A stretch of 63,801 nt of DNA, counting the filler, from Octopus bimaculoides (taxonomy: Eukaryota), in NCBI RefSeq assembly GCF_001194135.2. It is 5 parts of 5 records of this genome, joined end to end, with 100 filler letters (N's around TTAATTAATTAA, not from the genome) between each part and the next. Parts side by side here need not be neighbours in the genome. Positions count along the whole stretch, not along the records: positions 1 to 13,011 come from NC_068995.1; 4 more parts are not named here. One strand, 5' to 3'. How positions within the stretch are numbered: position 1 is the stretch's first letter; every line of letters begins with the position of its first letter. Positions 1-10,943 of the stretch are shown here, piece after piece. A model generated the notes under the pieces. It did no database searches and was not told the origin of the DNA. It saw only the letters and a program-made list of their open reading frames with translations. The position numbers and the translations under genes are program-made.

Positions 1-74
1 CGGCGGGATTTGAACTCAGAACGTAGCGACGGGCGAAATACCGCTAAGCATTTCGTCCAGCATGCAAACGTTTC
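1..74 (-). mobile_element. tRNA-derived SINE family A, 5' part (cut by window start)
   Basis: Reverse complement reads agaaacgtttgcatgctggacgaaatgcttagcggtatttcg...gttctgagttcaaatcccgccg (B-box-like GAGTTCAAATCC). Near-identical to the copies at 75-308 and 61741-61947. Confidence 0.8.
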
Positions 75-308
75 TTATTTCTTTATTGCCCAAAAGGGGC
101 TAAACATAGAGGGGACAAACAAGGGCACACAAAGGGATTAAGTCGATTACATCGACCCCAGTGCGTAACTGGTACTTAATGTATCGACCCCGAAAAGATG
201 AAAGGCAAAATCGACCTCGGCGGAATTTGAACTCAGAACGTAACGGCAGACGAAATACTGCTAAGCATTTCGTCCGGCGTGCTAACGTTTCTACCAGGTC
301 GCTCCCTT
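75..308 (-). mobile_element. tRNA-derived SINE family A, near full length, with a LINE-like 3' tail
   Basis: Head with B-box gagttcaaattcc, then core gtcgattttgcctttcatc...aagtaccagttacgcactggggtcgatgtaatcgac shared with about 10 other copies in the window. The tail ends agccccttttgggcaataaagaaataa. Confidence 0.85.
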
Positions 309-645
309 AGTGGTGTTATAGAAATAATAAAAAGAATCAAGAAGAAAAAGAACAAAAGCAAAACAATAGACATCTATACGGGCGGTGAATGGGAAGAATC
401 GTCAGGGAGTGAGACACAATACCTGTAGTAATTAGTTATAGACCTTTATGTTCTGAGTTCGAATCCTACCAAAGTCAACTTTACTGTTCAACCTTCTAAC
501 AAAGTACCAGACAAGTACAGGAGGTCGATATAATTTTCCAATAAAGTATCAACAAAAGGGAATGTTTATAAATAAGGGCAAGAATTTCTATCAACCACTA
601 AAGTATGATGAAAATAAGAATAAGAATAATGGAGAACCACAGCAT

Positions 646-990
646 AGTAAAGTGATAGAACAGTTTAATAGCAAAGTAAAGTGATAGTAAAATTTAATAG
701 CAAAGTAAAGTGATAGTAAAGTTTAATAGCAAAGTAAAGTGATAGAACAGTTTAATAGCAAAGTAAAGTGATAGAACAGTTTAATAGCAAAGTAAAGTGA
801 TAGTAAAATTTAATAGCAAAGTAAAGTGATAGTAAAGTTTAATAGCAAAGTAAAGTGATAGTAAAATTTAATAGCAAAGTAAAGTGATAGTAAAGTTTAA
901 TAGCAAAGAAAAGTGATAGAACAGTTTAATAGCAAAGTAAAGTGATAGAACAGTTTAATAGCAAAGTAAAGTGATAGTAAAGTTTAATAG
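646..990. repeat. 29-bp minisatellite, about 12 copies
   Basis: Unit agtaaagtgatag(aacag/taaaa/taaag)tttaatagcaa read directly in tandem. Confidence 0.95.
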
Positions 991-1029
991 AAAGACTTAT
1001 GGACAAGCATTGGAAGTAAGAAACTCAAC

Positions 1030-1190
1030 ATAACAATGATGATACTGGTGACTGTGATGATGATAATGATGCTGTTACAGAAGTGATGACGATGACGATG
1101 AAAATGCTAACGATGACGATGGTAATGCTGATGATGGTGACGATGATGATAGTCATAACAATGATAATACTGATGATGATGATGACTGTT
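1030..1190. repeat. Degenerate (GAT/GAC)n low-complexity tract
   Basis: Directly visible; explains ORF 1025..1249. Confidence 0.8.
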
Positions 1191-1578
1191 ACAGCGTTAA
1201 TACAAAGTTTATCTAGGAAGATAAAATGGCGGACATTTTGAGTTGACATCTGTTTCTTAATTTACATTGGTTTCTTAAGCAAACACTATGTTAACACCGA
1301 GCAATGATCTTTAGTTAATCAATACCAACAGATAATAAAAAGAAAAGCAATACGCAGGGGAGAAGAAAAAAAACAATTCATGTTATTTTAAAACTGTTTT
1401 ATATTTTCTTCTTTCTTCTTATTTCATTCAATTATTTCACTGGTGACATGCGGAGACGAATATCTTCAGAAAATGTGAAAATGGACTTTTCAACCCCAGA
1501 AAAAATATAACAGGCTAGTTTGTGGCTTTTTACATTGTGTATAATTTAAACAACTTTCTTCCAATATACATAAGTAGC

Positions 1579-1785
1579 AAGGTGGCGAGCTGGCAGAGTC
1601 GTTAGCACGCTGGGCAAAATACTTACCGGCATTTGATCCAGTTTTAAGTTCAAATTCCACAGAAGTCGGCTTTACTTTTTATCCTTTCGGGGTCGATTAA
1701 ATAAGTACCAGTTGAGAGCTGTAGTCGACGGAATCAACTTAACTCCTACTCCAAAATGTTCTTCCAAAATTGAAACCAATATAAG
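1579..1785 (+). mobile_element. SINE family A copy (diverged)
   Basis: aaggtggcgagctggcagagtcgttagcacgctgggcaaaatacttaccgg...ttcaaattccacagaagtcggc...ggggtcgattaaataagtaccagttgag matches the family. Confidence 0.8.
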
Positions 1786-1970
1786 CGTATGGCCTTAGAA
1801 TTTGAAGGAGGGAACAATCGATCGCATCATTCATTCAATCGATCGCATCATTCATTCCCCCACTCACCAATATTTGACAGCTGCTCATTTTATCGGATAG
1901 ACTCAAGTACAGTTACTTGTTTATAGTACTACGACTACTGCTGCTGCTGTTGTGGCAATAATTCTTGGTA

Positions 1971-3195
1971 CTAGCGGGACCCGTGATTATTTCACGGAAT
2001 TAATAGTAAACCTATTTATCAAAAGCAAAAAAAAAAAAAAAAGAAAACCTGAAAGTGTAGCCTGTGTTGTGTTAAAAGATAGTCGCTCATCTGCTATTCA
2101 TTGAAAAGTGAAGGAAATTGGAATACGATGATTACTTAATACACATATATTTGTATATATATATATATATACACACACACACGCATATATANNNNNNNNN
2201 NNNNNNNNNNNNNNNNNNNNNNNNNNNNNNNNNNNNNNNNNNNNNNNNNNNNNNNNNNNNNNNNNNNNNNNNNNNNNNNNNNNNNNNNNNNNNNNNNNNN
2301 NNNNNNNNNNNNNNNNNNNNNNNNNNNNNNNNNNNNNNNNNNNNNNNNNNNNNNNNNNNNNNNNNNNNNNNNNNNNNNNNNNNNNNNNNNNNNNNNNNNN
2401 NNNNNNNNNNNNNNNNNNNNNNNNNNNNNNNNNNNNNNNNNNNNNNNNNNNNNNNNNNNNNNNNNNNNNNNNNNNNNNNNNNNNNNNNNNNNNNNNNNNN
2501 NNNNNNNNNNNNNNNNNNNNNNNNNNNNNNNNNNNNNNNNNNNNNNNNNNNNNNNNNNNNNNNNNNNNNNNNNNNNNNNNNNNNNNNNNNNNNNNNNNNN
2601 NNNNNNNNNNATATATATACTTTATGTACAATTTTATAGATTTTAATACACACCACTCATAAAATAAGTATTCGCTTTTAATTTTACATTTTTCCTATAA
2701 ATAGAAAAAGAGATTACATTTTAAAATTTGCATAGTTATAATTTCATATGGAGAAAACAAAAATTTTATAGAAAAAAAAATATTATTTTATATGTAAAAT
2801 ATAGGGTTCACAATTTCGCGAGGGTGAAAATTCAATGTAACACGGCACATGTAAACCACATGGTCGGTAACTTATAAGCCAAGGCGAGCCAATACACATT
2901 TCAATTTGCGTATACCTTTCAATCCAATACTTCTTTGCAGACTACGTTCTTCGTGTAAGTTCCCCCCACTTCTTTTCCCCTTGTTTGTCAGTGTTTATAA
3001 CTTTAACCCTTACATCAGATAATTTGCGGGCCCTTAAGGATGCAACATATAGCTGACCATGGCCGAATACAGGCTCAGGCAAGAACAGCCCCACTTTAAC
3101 AAATGTCTGCCTTTGTGATTTATTGATAGTCATTGATGGCGAACGAGTAACTGGTTTCTTTCTAAAGTGAATGGCAAGTTTGGGATGCGCCTGCG
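1971..3195 (-). mobile_element. Helitron 3' fragment: RepHel PIF1-like helicase C-terminus plus 3' terminus
   Basis: Minus strand 2919-3190 reads SMTINKSQRQTFVKVGLFLPEPVFGHGQLYVASLRAR, then after a frameshift TYTKNVVCKEVLD* (Helitron helicase motif V/VI region). At 1997-1971 there is a ccgtga-aataa-tcacgg hairpin followed by gtcccgCTAG|T. An N gap (2193-2610) lies between the two parts. Confidence 0.8.
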
Positions 3196-3744
3196 TTAAG
3201 TGATAGGTGATATAAAAAACAATAACTTTTCATTATACACTCATCATCGCCACCTCCATCTCCACCACTCCACCACCACTACCACCATCATCACTCTTTC
3301 TTTCTCTCTCTCTATCTCTCTCTCTCCCTCTCTCTCTCTCTCTCCCTCTCTCTCTCCCTCTCTCCCTCTCTCTCTCTCCCTCTCTCTCGCTTTCTCTGCC
3401 TTTCTTTAATTTCCCCATCAGAACATCACCCTTCTCCTAAAGTTATATACCTAACTCTCCTCTATATCACTACCTTCAACTACCTTTTTTAACCACGTAA
3501 TAAAGATTACGTTACCCCTACCACATGTCATGGACGCTTCTCTCTCCCCTTTTCTCTCTCCCTCTTTTTCTTTCTCTCTCTTTCTGCCTTACTCTTCGTC
3601 TTTTCCTCTTTTTCTCTCTCCCTCTTTTCTTTCTCCCTCATTTTTTCTAATCCCATGAAAGCGTTACTAACGGGCTAAGTAACATAATGACAAGTAGAAT
3701 TATTATACGATTATCGGATCAAGGCCTGACATTTTGGGTGAGGA

Positions 3745-5682
3745 ATCACTCGAGGACAGCACTTCCCTCTCCACCCTCAATTTCCTTTTCAAGTGAAACT
3801 TGAAGAAATCAATGAGAGCTCTACTAAAGAGGAATGTATCTGTCCTCGAAACAGTAACGCCCCGCTCCCGGCAGCACTGCCAGGCCAAGGACATTTGGAA
3901 ATTATCCATGATAGTTCCCGACCGGAAAGTCCTCCCGAACAGACTAGCCATTTCGTTTTCATCGGCGCCTAGCGTCTCCTCGAGAACGTTGTCGCACTTC
4001 TCCGCTACTAATCTTCTATAATTTTCTAAAAGCGGAACNNNNNNNNNNNNNNNNNNNNNNNNNNNNNNNNNNNNNNCTAGGTACCAGACGCCCAGTCTCG
4101 GTATTTTCTTCGCCCAGAACTGCAGCTCTGTCAAGGAGACGAGCTGTGGAAAGACGAGCCTCACAAACGGAGCCCACACACCGTCCAGAAATCGTTGCAG
4201 GTAGCATAACCTAAGAGCGTGTCTGCGCATTGGGAGCCACGGCATACCTAATCCGCCACTCAAAGGATGATAGCAACAGATGATGCCTGACCACTGGAAC
4301 ACGTCCCTTCCACAAGAATTTAAAACAGAGACGCACTAACTTGGTCAAGCAGTAACCGGGACAAGGCACGACAGTCAGGCAATAAATGTTAACGAAGGCT
4401 ATGTAGGCATTCGCCACCTCTGCCCGACCTTTCAAGGACAGCTTCCTCTAATCCCATTTCTGTTTAAATAGTGATGAAGACCTGCTGCAATACGCCGCGA
4501 AAGATATGGGTGTCCCTGTTCTTATCAGTCTGGAGGTCGGGACCAAACCAGACCCCGAGCAGCTTAACTGATCCGTCGATCCAGCTTCCGACGACGCCGT
4601 CTAATGGCATTGACCTGTCTCTCCCGGAGCCCAGCCGCAAACCTACCGATTTGTCGGCGTTGCTTTTAGCCCCTGCGACTGACTGTTATTCCTTTAGGAT
4701 GGTACCGACTGTCTCCACTTCGGAGGTGTCCGACACCATGACGGTGGTCCGAGTGCCAATACGTACAGAAGAGGAGACAGCAGTCCTGACAGACCGAGTG
4801 TGTGATGCCGAGGGGTTCCGATTAGTGGCCGTTTACTTTGACCACTGAGCAGGTGCCGCTGTGCATTGCAGCGGTCCAACCTTTAGTAACGGATCCTAAA
4901 CCGTCAGCTTTCAGGACGGCTTCTAAGTAGTGATGATCGACCCTATCGAATGCTTTCGATTGATCCAAATTGATCAGAGTGGTCACGAAGTCAGCTTTGG
5001 TCTCGGCCCTCCCTATGATGTATCACGTAAGGTAAAGGTTGGTGTGGATAGACCTGCTCGGGATTGCGCACGTTTGCACTTCTCCGACTAATCTACCGAC
5101 GACAAATGCCAACCTTTTCGCTAATACCTTGGCCATAATTTTAAACTCTGTGTCTAGCAGAGTTATGGGCCGAAAATTCCCTAGTACGTCCCCATTGTCC
5201 ACTTCCTTCCTCAGAAGTGCCACCAGGCCCCGGATAACAGCACCAGGAATTCTCCCGTTCTGTTGCCAGTTGCAGTAGATGCCTGCCAAGAGATCACCAA
5301 ACAAATCTGACATGAATACACAGATTTCATAGGAGAGACTGTCCAAACCGGGTGATTTGCGACTTGTGCAATCGCTCATCGCCTCCTAAATTTCAGCAGC
5401 TGTTATCGGCTTTTCACATAATCTCGCGTCAGCTGCCGAGAGCCTCGGCCGGTCAGCCAGGTGCGAATTAAAGTCCACTACCGCCATCGACCCACCACCC
5501 TTCCCAAACAGCTGTGCGAAGTGCTGCTGAAAAGCCGCACACATCTGCTCGGAACTGAATAGCACGCACCCGTCTCGATCCATCAAAGACGTGATTGTGG
5601 TTTTGTTTGCACGTCGCATCTCCACCGTTCGGACAGCTTTAGTTCCTTCAAATTTGATCGCACAGGCCTTAGTTCTGATAAC

Positions 5683-5683
<1 letters not shown>
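3745..5683 (-). mobile_element. Tx1/L1-clade LINE ORF2 remnant (RT to C-terminus), 5' truncated, with frameshifts and stops
   Basis: SPGLDSLSYE, NFRPITLLDTEFKIMAKVLAKRL, IDQSKAFDRVDH, VKLLGVWFGPDL, WKGRVPVV, GGLGMPWL and FFKFHLKRKLRVEREVL motifs in minus frames. Confidence 0.9.

Positions 5684-5740
<57 letters not shown>
5684..5740. repeat. (TAA)19 microsatellite; probable tail of the adjacent Tx1 copy
   Basis: Perfect array between the two LINE copies. Confidence 0.9.
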
Positions 5741-5741
<1 letters not shown>

Positions 5742-6596
5742 TAATTCGTTTTATTGGCCACAAGGGCTGATATCAATTAAAACCATGTAAGGACAAAGAC
5801 AGGACGAAGGTTACAAAAGGTTTTGTCCGAAAAGGTAGGAAAGTTCGTCTAAACAGAGGGAAAAAAACGGAGAAAGATATAATAAATAAATAGATAAATA
5901 AATAGATAAATAAATAGATAGAACTCCCAAAGGGGGAGGCGCTTCGAAAAAGGAAAGGTTACACGTGGAAAAACCCATAAAACCACGGGAGCCTGGTCAG
6001 AAAAAAATAAGAAAGGGGTATAGAGCCCTTTCTCCTNNNNNNNNNNNNNNNNNNNNNNNNNNNNNNNNNNNNNNNNNNNNNNNNNNNNNNNNNNNNNNNN
6101 NNNNNNNNNNNNNNNNNNNNNNNNNNNNNNNNNNNNNNNNNNNNNNNNNNNNNNNNNNNNNNNNNNNNNTTTGCCACCAAGGTGAAGGATGAGGGGGACA
6201 ATATGAAGACAGACCCGAAGTGTGGGTGAGTTACATATAATGAAATGAGAAAAAAAAAGAGAGAAAAGAATACAGGGTATACATTAAAAGAAGGGAAGTA
6301 TACATAGTTTACTACATTAAGAGAGAAAAAAATGATAGTTATGGGATCCTCCTGATGCAGGAGGACCTCTGGGGATAATCGAGGAACCCCACTATCCAAG
6401 AACTCCCAGAATATCATATTCTTTCCTCCGACCTACAGGCTATCACTTAGATCGGTACCATCCACTCGTGCCATTTTCGCAACTTTCACCCAACTTGCAA
6501 TAAATTCACTCGAGGACAGCACTTCTCTCCCCATCCTCACATTTTCCTTTTCAAGTGAAACTTAAAAACTCGACAAGGACTCAACCAATCAGGAAC

Positions 6597-6658
<62 letters not shown>

Positions 6659-6730
6659 TCTTTTCCACCAGACAACCTCTTTAATCAGCCAAGACATCGC
6701 TGTAAAAGCAATTGTCTTGTGTCACATAAA
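5741..6730 (-). mobile_element. Tx1/L1-clade LINE 3' end (ORF2 C-terminus plus 3' UTR), second copy
   Basis: 6520-6575 is homologous to 3745-3805 (actcgaggacagcacttc...tttcaagtgaaact). The ORF end reads KVRMGREVLSSSEFIASWVKVAKMARVDGTDLSDSL*. The 3' UTR ends in aataaaacgaattaa plus (TTA)n, and a (CT)n run interrupts at 6599-6651. Confidence 0.8.
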
Positions 6731-6974
6731 CAAGTCTTATATAGAGAAAAAAAACCAATGATTCAATAATTGATCAATAAAGCTTAATAGTCATTCCATA
6801 TATCAAGTCTAACCATATCGGAGTTAGATTGAAAATTCCGATAAGATGACATGCTATGCAACTCCAGTTCGGAAGCAATAAACGCTGTTTAGTATGCGTG
6901 TATGAATATTTTAATACTTAGCTTTTTAGACAGGAAGATTTGCGCCATCTGTTCCTCTCTATCTATATAATCTA

Positions 6975-6988
6975 TATACATACATACA

Positions 6989-7049
<61 letters not shown>

Positions 7050-7072
7050 ATGTATGTATGTATGTATGTATG

Positions 7073-7101
<29 letters not shown>
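6975..7101. repeat. Compound (TACA)n-(TA)n-(TATG)n microsatellite (quasi-palindromic)
   Basis: Directly visible. Confidence 0.95.
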
Positions 7102-7105
<4 letters not shown>

Positions 7106-7366
7106 TTGTGAGAGTATGAAGTTATCTGACACCGATCACAGCCAGAGACATGTGGCTATAGGAATTAATAGCAGGCAACTTTTGGCAGGAGATTTTCTTA
7201 TCACCAGAAATCCACTTCACTGTGTCGCTGTTCGTCTGTTATTCTCTCATAAATCACAATCCGGATAAGTAGTGGGGAGACAACTACCACTTGCGCGCAC
7301 GAGCGGGTGTGTGTGTGGGGTGGGAGTGCGCATACGTACGTGCTTCCGTGTATGTACGTGTGTATG

Positions 7367-7434
<68 letters not shown>

Positions 7435-7532
7435 NNNNNNNNNNNNNNNNNNNNNNNNNNNNNNNNNNNNNNNNNNNNNNNNNNNNNNNNNNNNNNNNNN
7501 NNNNNNNNNNNNNNNNNNNNNNNNNNNNNNNN

Positions 7533-7672
7533 TGAACCGCTAAGTTACGGGGGACATACAGCAGCATCGCTTGTCAAACCAAACGATAGCACGGAGACAC
7601 GGCCCGAGGCTATAGTCCAAGACACTTGCCCAAGATGCCACACAGTGGAACTGAATCCTGCCCAGCTCTTCG
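7533..7672 (-). mobile_element. SINE family B fragment
   Basis: gaaccgctaagttacggggg and ggcccgaggctatag...gacacttgcccaag...cagtggaactgaa match the copy at 8083-8465. Confidence 0.75.
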
Positions 7673-8082
7673 AAACGCCGGTGATAAAACGGGGTAGCTG
7701 ATAAAGTAGAATGTTCTCTATGTGGCTTGTGTGTTTTCTCGTCTACGTTTTGTTTGCAATGTCCTGTACCCAGATATGCACCTATACATACGGTGGATGT
7801 GGGTATGCACATACCTGTACGTATATATGCATATACTCATTTACTATTTGTTTATATATATATTATATATATATTATATATAGAGTATTAATAAAATAGG
7901 AGATGGAATGTCTAATAGACTTTATTGGGGACAACTACGAAGTCCCTGCAGTAAATCTACGGATGACAACAGGTAGTCGAAACTGTGCCAGTGGTTTTAT
8001 TCATCATCCATTTATACATTTTGTACAATTTTTCCATTATATATATATATGTATGTATATATATATATACTCTTTTGCTCTT

Positions 8083-8270
8083 TTACTTGCTTCAGCCATT
8101 TGACTGTGGCCATGCTGGAGCACCACCTTTTAGTCGAGCAAATCGACCCCAGGACTTATTCTTTGTAAGCCTAGTACTTATTCTATGAGTTCCTTTTGCC
8201 GAACCGCTAAGTTACGGGGGCGTAAACACACCAGCATCGGTTGTCAAGCGATGTTGGAGGGACAAACACA

Positions 8271-8307
<37 letters not shown>

Positions 8308-8465
8308 ACACACACACACATATATATATATACATACATATATACGACGGGCTTCTTTTAGTTTCCGTCTACCAAATCCACTCACAAGGCTTTGGTTGGC
8401 CCGAGGCTATAATAGAAGACACTTAGCCAAGGTGCTACGCAGTGGAACTGAACCCGGAACCATGT
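8083..8465 (-). mobile_element. tRNA-derived SINE family B, near full length, with internal (CA)n/(TA)n
   Basis: Minus strand has B-box-like ggttccgggttcagttccactgcg, then the central microsatellite, gtcccc...cgtaacttagcggttcggc and tail ggtgctccagcatggccacagtcaaatggctgaagcaagtaaaa. Several copies occur in the window. Confidence 0.85.
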
Positions 8466-8758
8466 ACTAATATGTATATATATACATATATATATATATA
8501 TAAGTTACAGGTGCATTTTTAGGTTTCTGCCAACCAACCAATTGAATGATTTTACTAAGATTTGGAGTACAGGAAGTACCTGTGCAGATGAATAATTTTT
8601 AGTGGGTGTAGCTTGCACTGCACTACCCCCACTTATTAGCCCAAGAAAACTTTTACCGGTGTGACAAGAGAATTGACAAAATTGTGTGTGTATGTGTGTG
8701 TACCTACATTTATATATGTATAAATATACATAAATGCAAACATGTATATGTCCATATG

Positions 8759-9048
8759 CAGTGAAACTTCAGCTTACCTCTCATCACGTACAAATTGGTT
8801 TAAGAACAATTTATCGAACATACATCTCGGGTGACGAACGGTATCTTGAGTAACGAACACGTAAGCCGGCACCAATAGTTGCGACAAGCCGCGAATATCA
8901 GCGAGAGGGCCCCAGTTTCTGTTTGCTCAGTGCACAGCGAATTCGATGTGCCTTCTCTAGAATTTCCAATGGGAAAAATAGTTTCCGTCTACGAACATTT
9001 CGGGCGACTAAGGACTTTCAGGAACGAATTAAATCCGAATACTGAGGG
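8759..9048. mobile_element. Putative Tigger/pogo-like MITE
   Basis: Starts cagtgaaacttcagctt and ends ggaacgaattaaatccgaatactgagg, resembling CAGTGGAACCTCG-type TcMar MITE ends. The right TIR appears truncated. Family assignment is from memory. Confidence 0.45.
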
Positions 9049-9127
9049 ACTCCATAAGTCAAAACTACCAAAATAAGCACATTTTTACCGATGCTTATTT
9101 TGGTAGTTTTGACTTATGGAGTCCCTC
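9044..9127. repeat. Perfect inverted repeat, 36-bp arms, 12-nt loop
   Basis: 9044-9079 gagggactccataagtcaaaactaccaaaataagca is the exact reverse complement of 9092-9127. Confidence 0.97.
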
Positions 9128-9924
9128 TAAGCGTGAGCCATTATTGTATAGTAATGCCCTTATATAAATTAAATTATATATATTTATGGGAGAAAATGAT
9201 ATTTTTTTTTCCTTATAAGGTTTTTTCCCGCTAACTATTTGATAAATTCTTATAAAGTCTTTATCCTAATATTATATTATATATGTGTGTGTGTGTGTNN
9301 NNNNNNNNNNNNNNNNNNNNNNNNNNNNNNNNNNNNNNNNNNNNNNNNNNNNNNNNNNNNNNNNNNNNNNNNNNNNNNNNNNNNNNNNNNNNNNNNNNNN
9401 NNNNNNNNNNNNNNNNNNNNNNNNNNNNNNNNNNNNNNNNNNNNNNNNNNNNNNNNNNNNNNNNNNNNNNNNNNNNNNNNNNNNNNNNNNNNNNNNNNNN
9501 NNNNNNNNNNNNNNNNNNNNNNNNNNNNNNNNNNNNNNNNNNNNNNNNNNNNNNNNNNNNNNNNNNNNNNNNNNNNNNNNNNNNNNNNNNNNNNNNNNNN
9601 NNNNNNNNNNNNNNNNNNNNNNNNNNNNNNNNNNNNNNNNNNNNNNNNNNNNNNNNNNNNNNNNNNNNNNNNNNNNNNNNNNNNNNNNNNNNNNNNNNNN
9701 NNNNNNNNNNNNNNNNNNNNNNNNNNNNNNNNNNNNNNNNNNNNNNNNNNNNNNNNNNNNNNNNNNNNNNNNNNNNNNNNNNNNNNNNNNNNNNNNNNNN
9801 NNNNNNNNNNNNNNNNNNNNNNNNNNNNNNNNNNNNNNNNNTGTGCGTGCGTGTGTGCGTGCGAGTGTCGGTGTGTATCATTTGCTCCGATGCCAACTAT
9901 TCTTTTCCTGGAACAGGCGTAGGA

Positions 9925-10364
9925 TTAGAATTATAGCTAATCACTATCCGGTGAACACGATCAATTTTTTGATCGATGTTGGCAGTTACAGGCCGACCAG
10001 ACCTTAGATCATCTTCAAAACTCACTCTTATTCTCCTAAATTCAGCTGTCAACTTTTGCAATGTTGAGTATCATCCCCTAATACAACAATCATATCAGTA
10101 TGAATGTTACTGGGAACTAAATCATCTTTTTCTTTCCTGCAGGTACTTGAAAACACAATAACACGACGATGCCAAATTTGTCCATTTTCAAGATAATCGC
10201 TACCAGTTACTTCTGAAGTCTTCTTTGAAGAGTGCGATGTCACTTTACCTGGAAAGAAACAATTCAGCTATTAATAAGGACGGTTGAAATTAATGCATGC
10301 TAAATTTCACAGCTCTAGAATCACTCCTTCATAGTCAACCTAAGAACTTTTCAGCCCACCCTCG
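9925..10364 (-). mobile_element. Mariner element 5' fragment (TIR plus transposase N-terminal HTH)
   Basis: TA|cgagggtgggctgaaaagttc end at 10364. Frameshifted translation IHTDMIVVLGDD...AEFRRIRVSFEDDLRSGRPVTA...IDRVHRIV matches the mariner EDDPRSGRP region. Confidence 0.85.
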
Positions 10365-10400
10365 TATATGTTTGCATGTATATAATATACATATGTATGC

Positions 10401-10431
<31 letters not shown>

Positions 10432-10475
10432 TGCATGTATGCATGTATGTATGCCTGCATGCATGTATATGTATA

Positions 10476-10915
10476 CGAGGGGGTACCCAAAAGAAACCGG
10501 AATTTTGTAATTTTATATTATTCACAAGTTTCTCTTGTTTACACTTTTATCGCTTTCAAAGTATTCTCCATTTGAAGCAACGCATCGATTCAGGCGTGTT
10601 TTCTGCTGCTCGAAGCAGTGCTGGAACTCTTGCGAAGTGATGCCTTTTAATGCCTCTGTCATTTTCTCTTCACCTCTTCCACATTTGCAAATTCCGCTGC
10701 ACCACCCTTTGTCACCAGTGATGTTCGAAAACAGGACCGGATAATCTTAAAAACTGTTCTGTCAGATCACGACACGCTTTCGGTTCTGACTGTTTTTTGA
10801 TCTTCCGTGAACAAGCAACACGCAAATCTTGCTGCAATTATTTTCATTCGCAATTCCCCGCTCAAAATTCGTTGGCCGGAGCTCCAGGACTCACCAGTCA
10901 TACCAATGCCTCCTT
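10476..10915 (-). mobile_element. Mariner element remnant (3' TIR, C-terminus and a fused internal piece)
   Basis: TA|cgagggggtacccaaaa end at 10476. Minus translation MTEALKGITSQEFQHCFEQQKTRLNRCVASNGEYFESD (GEYFE motif) and SWSSGQRILSGELRMKIIAARFACCLFTEDQK. Confidence 0.85.
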
Positions 10916-10943
10916 CATACATACATACATACATACATACATA

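Noticed and set aside
646-990. CRISPR-like 29-bp repeats
   Set aside because: The units are contiguous with no unique spacers, no cas genes are present, and the context is eukaryotic.
1815-1856. 21-bp exact tandem duplication
   Set aside because: Ordinary slippage inside a decayed SINE fragment.
10049-10250. Apparent terminal exon (tttctttccag acceptor plus a 64-aa ORF)
   Set aside because: It is the frameshifted N-terminus of a mariner transposase lying just inside its TIR.
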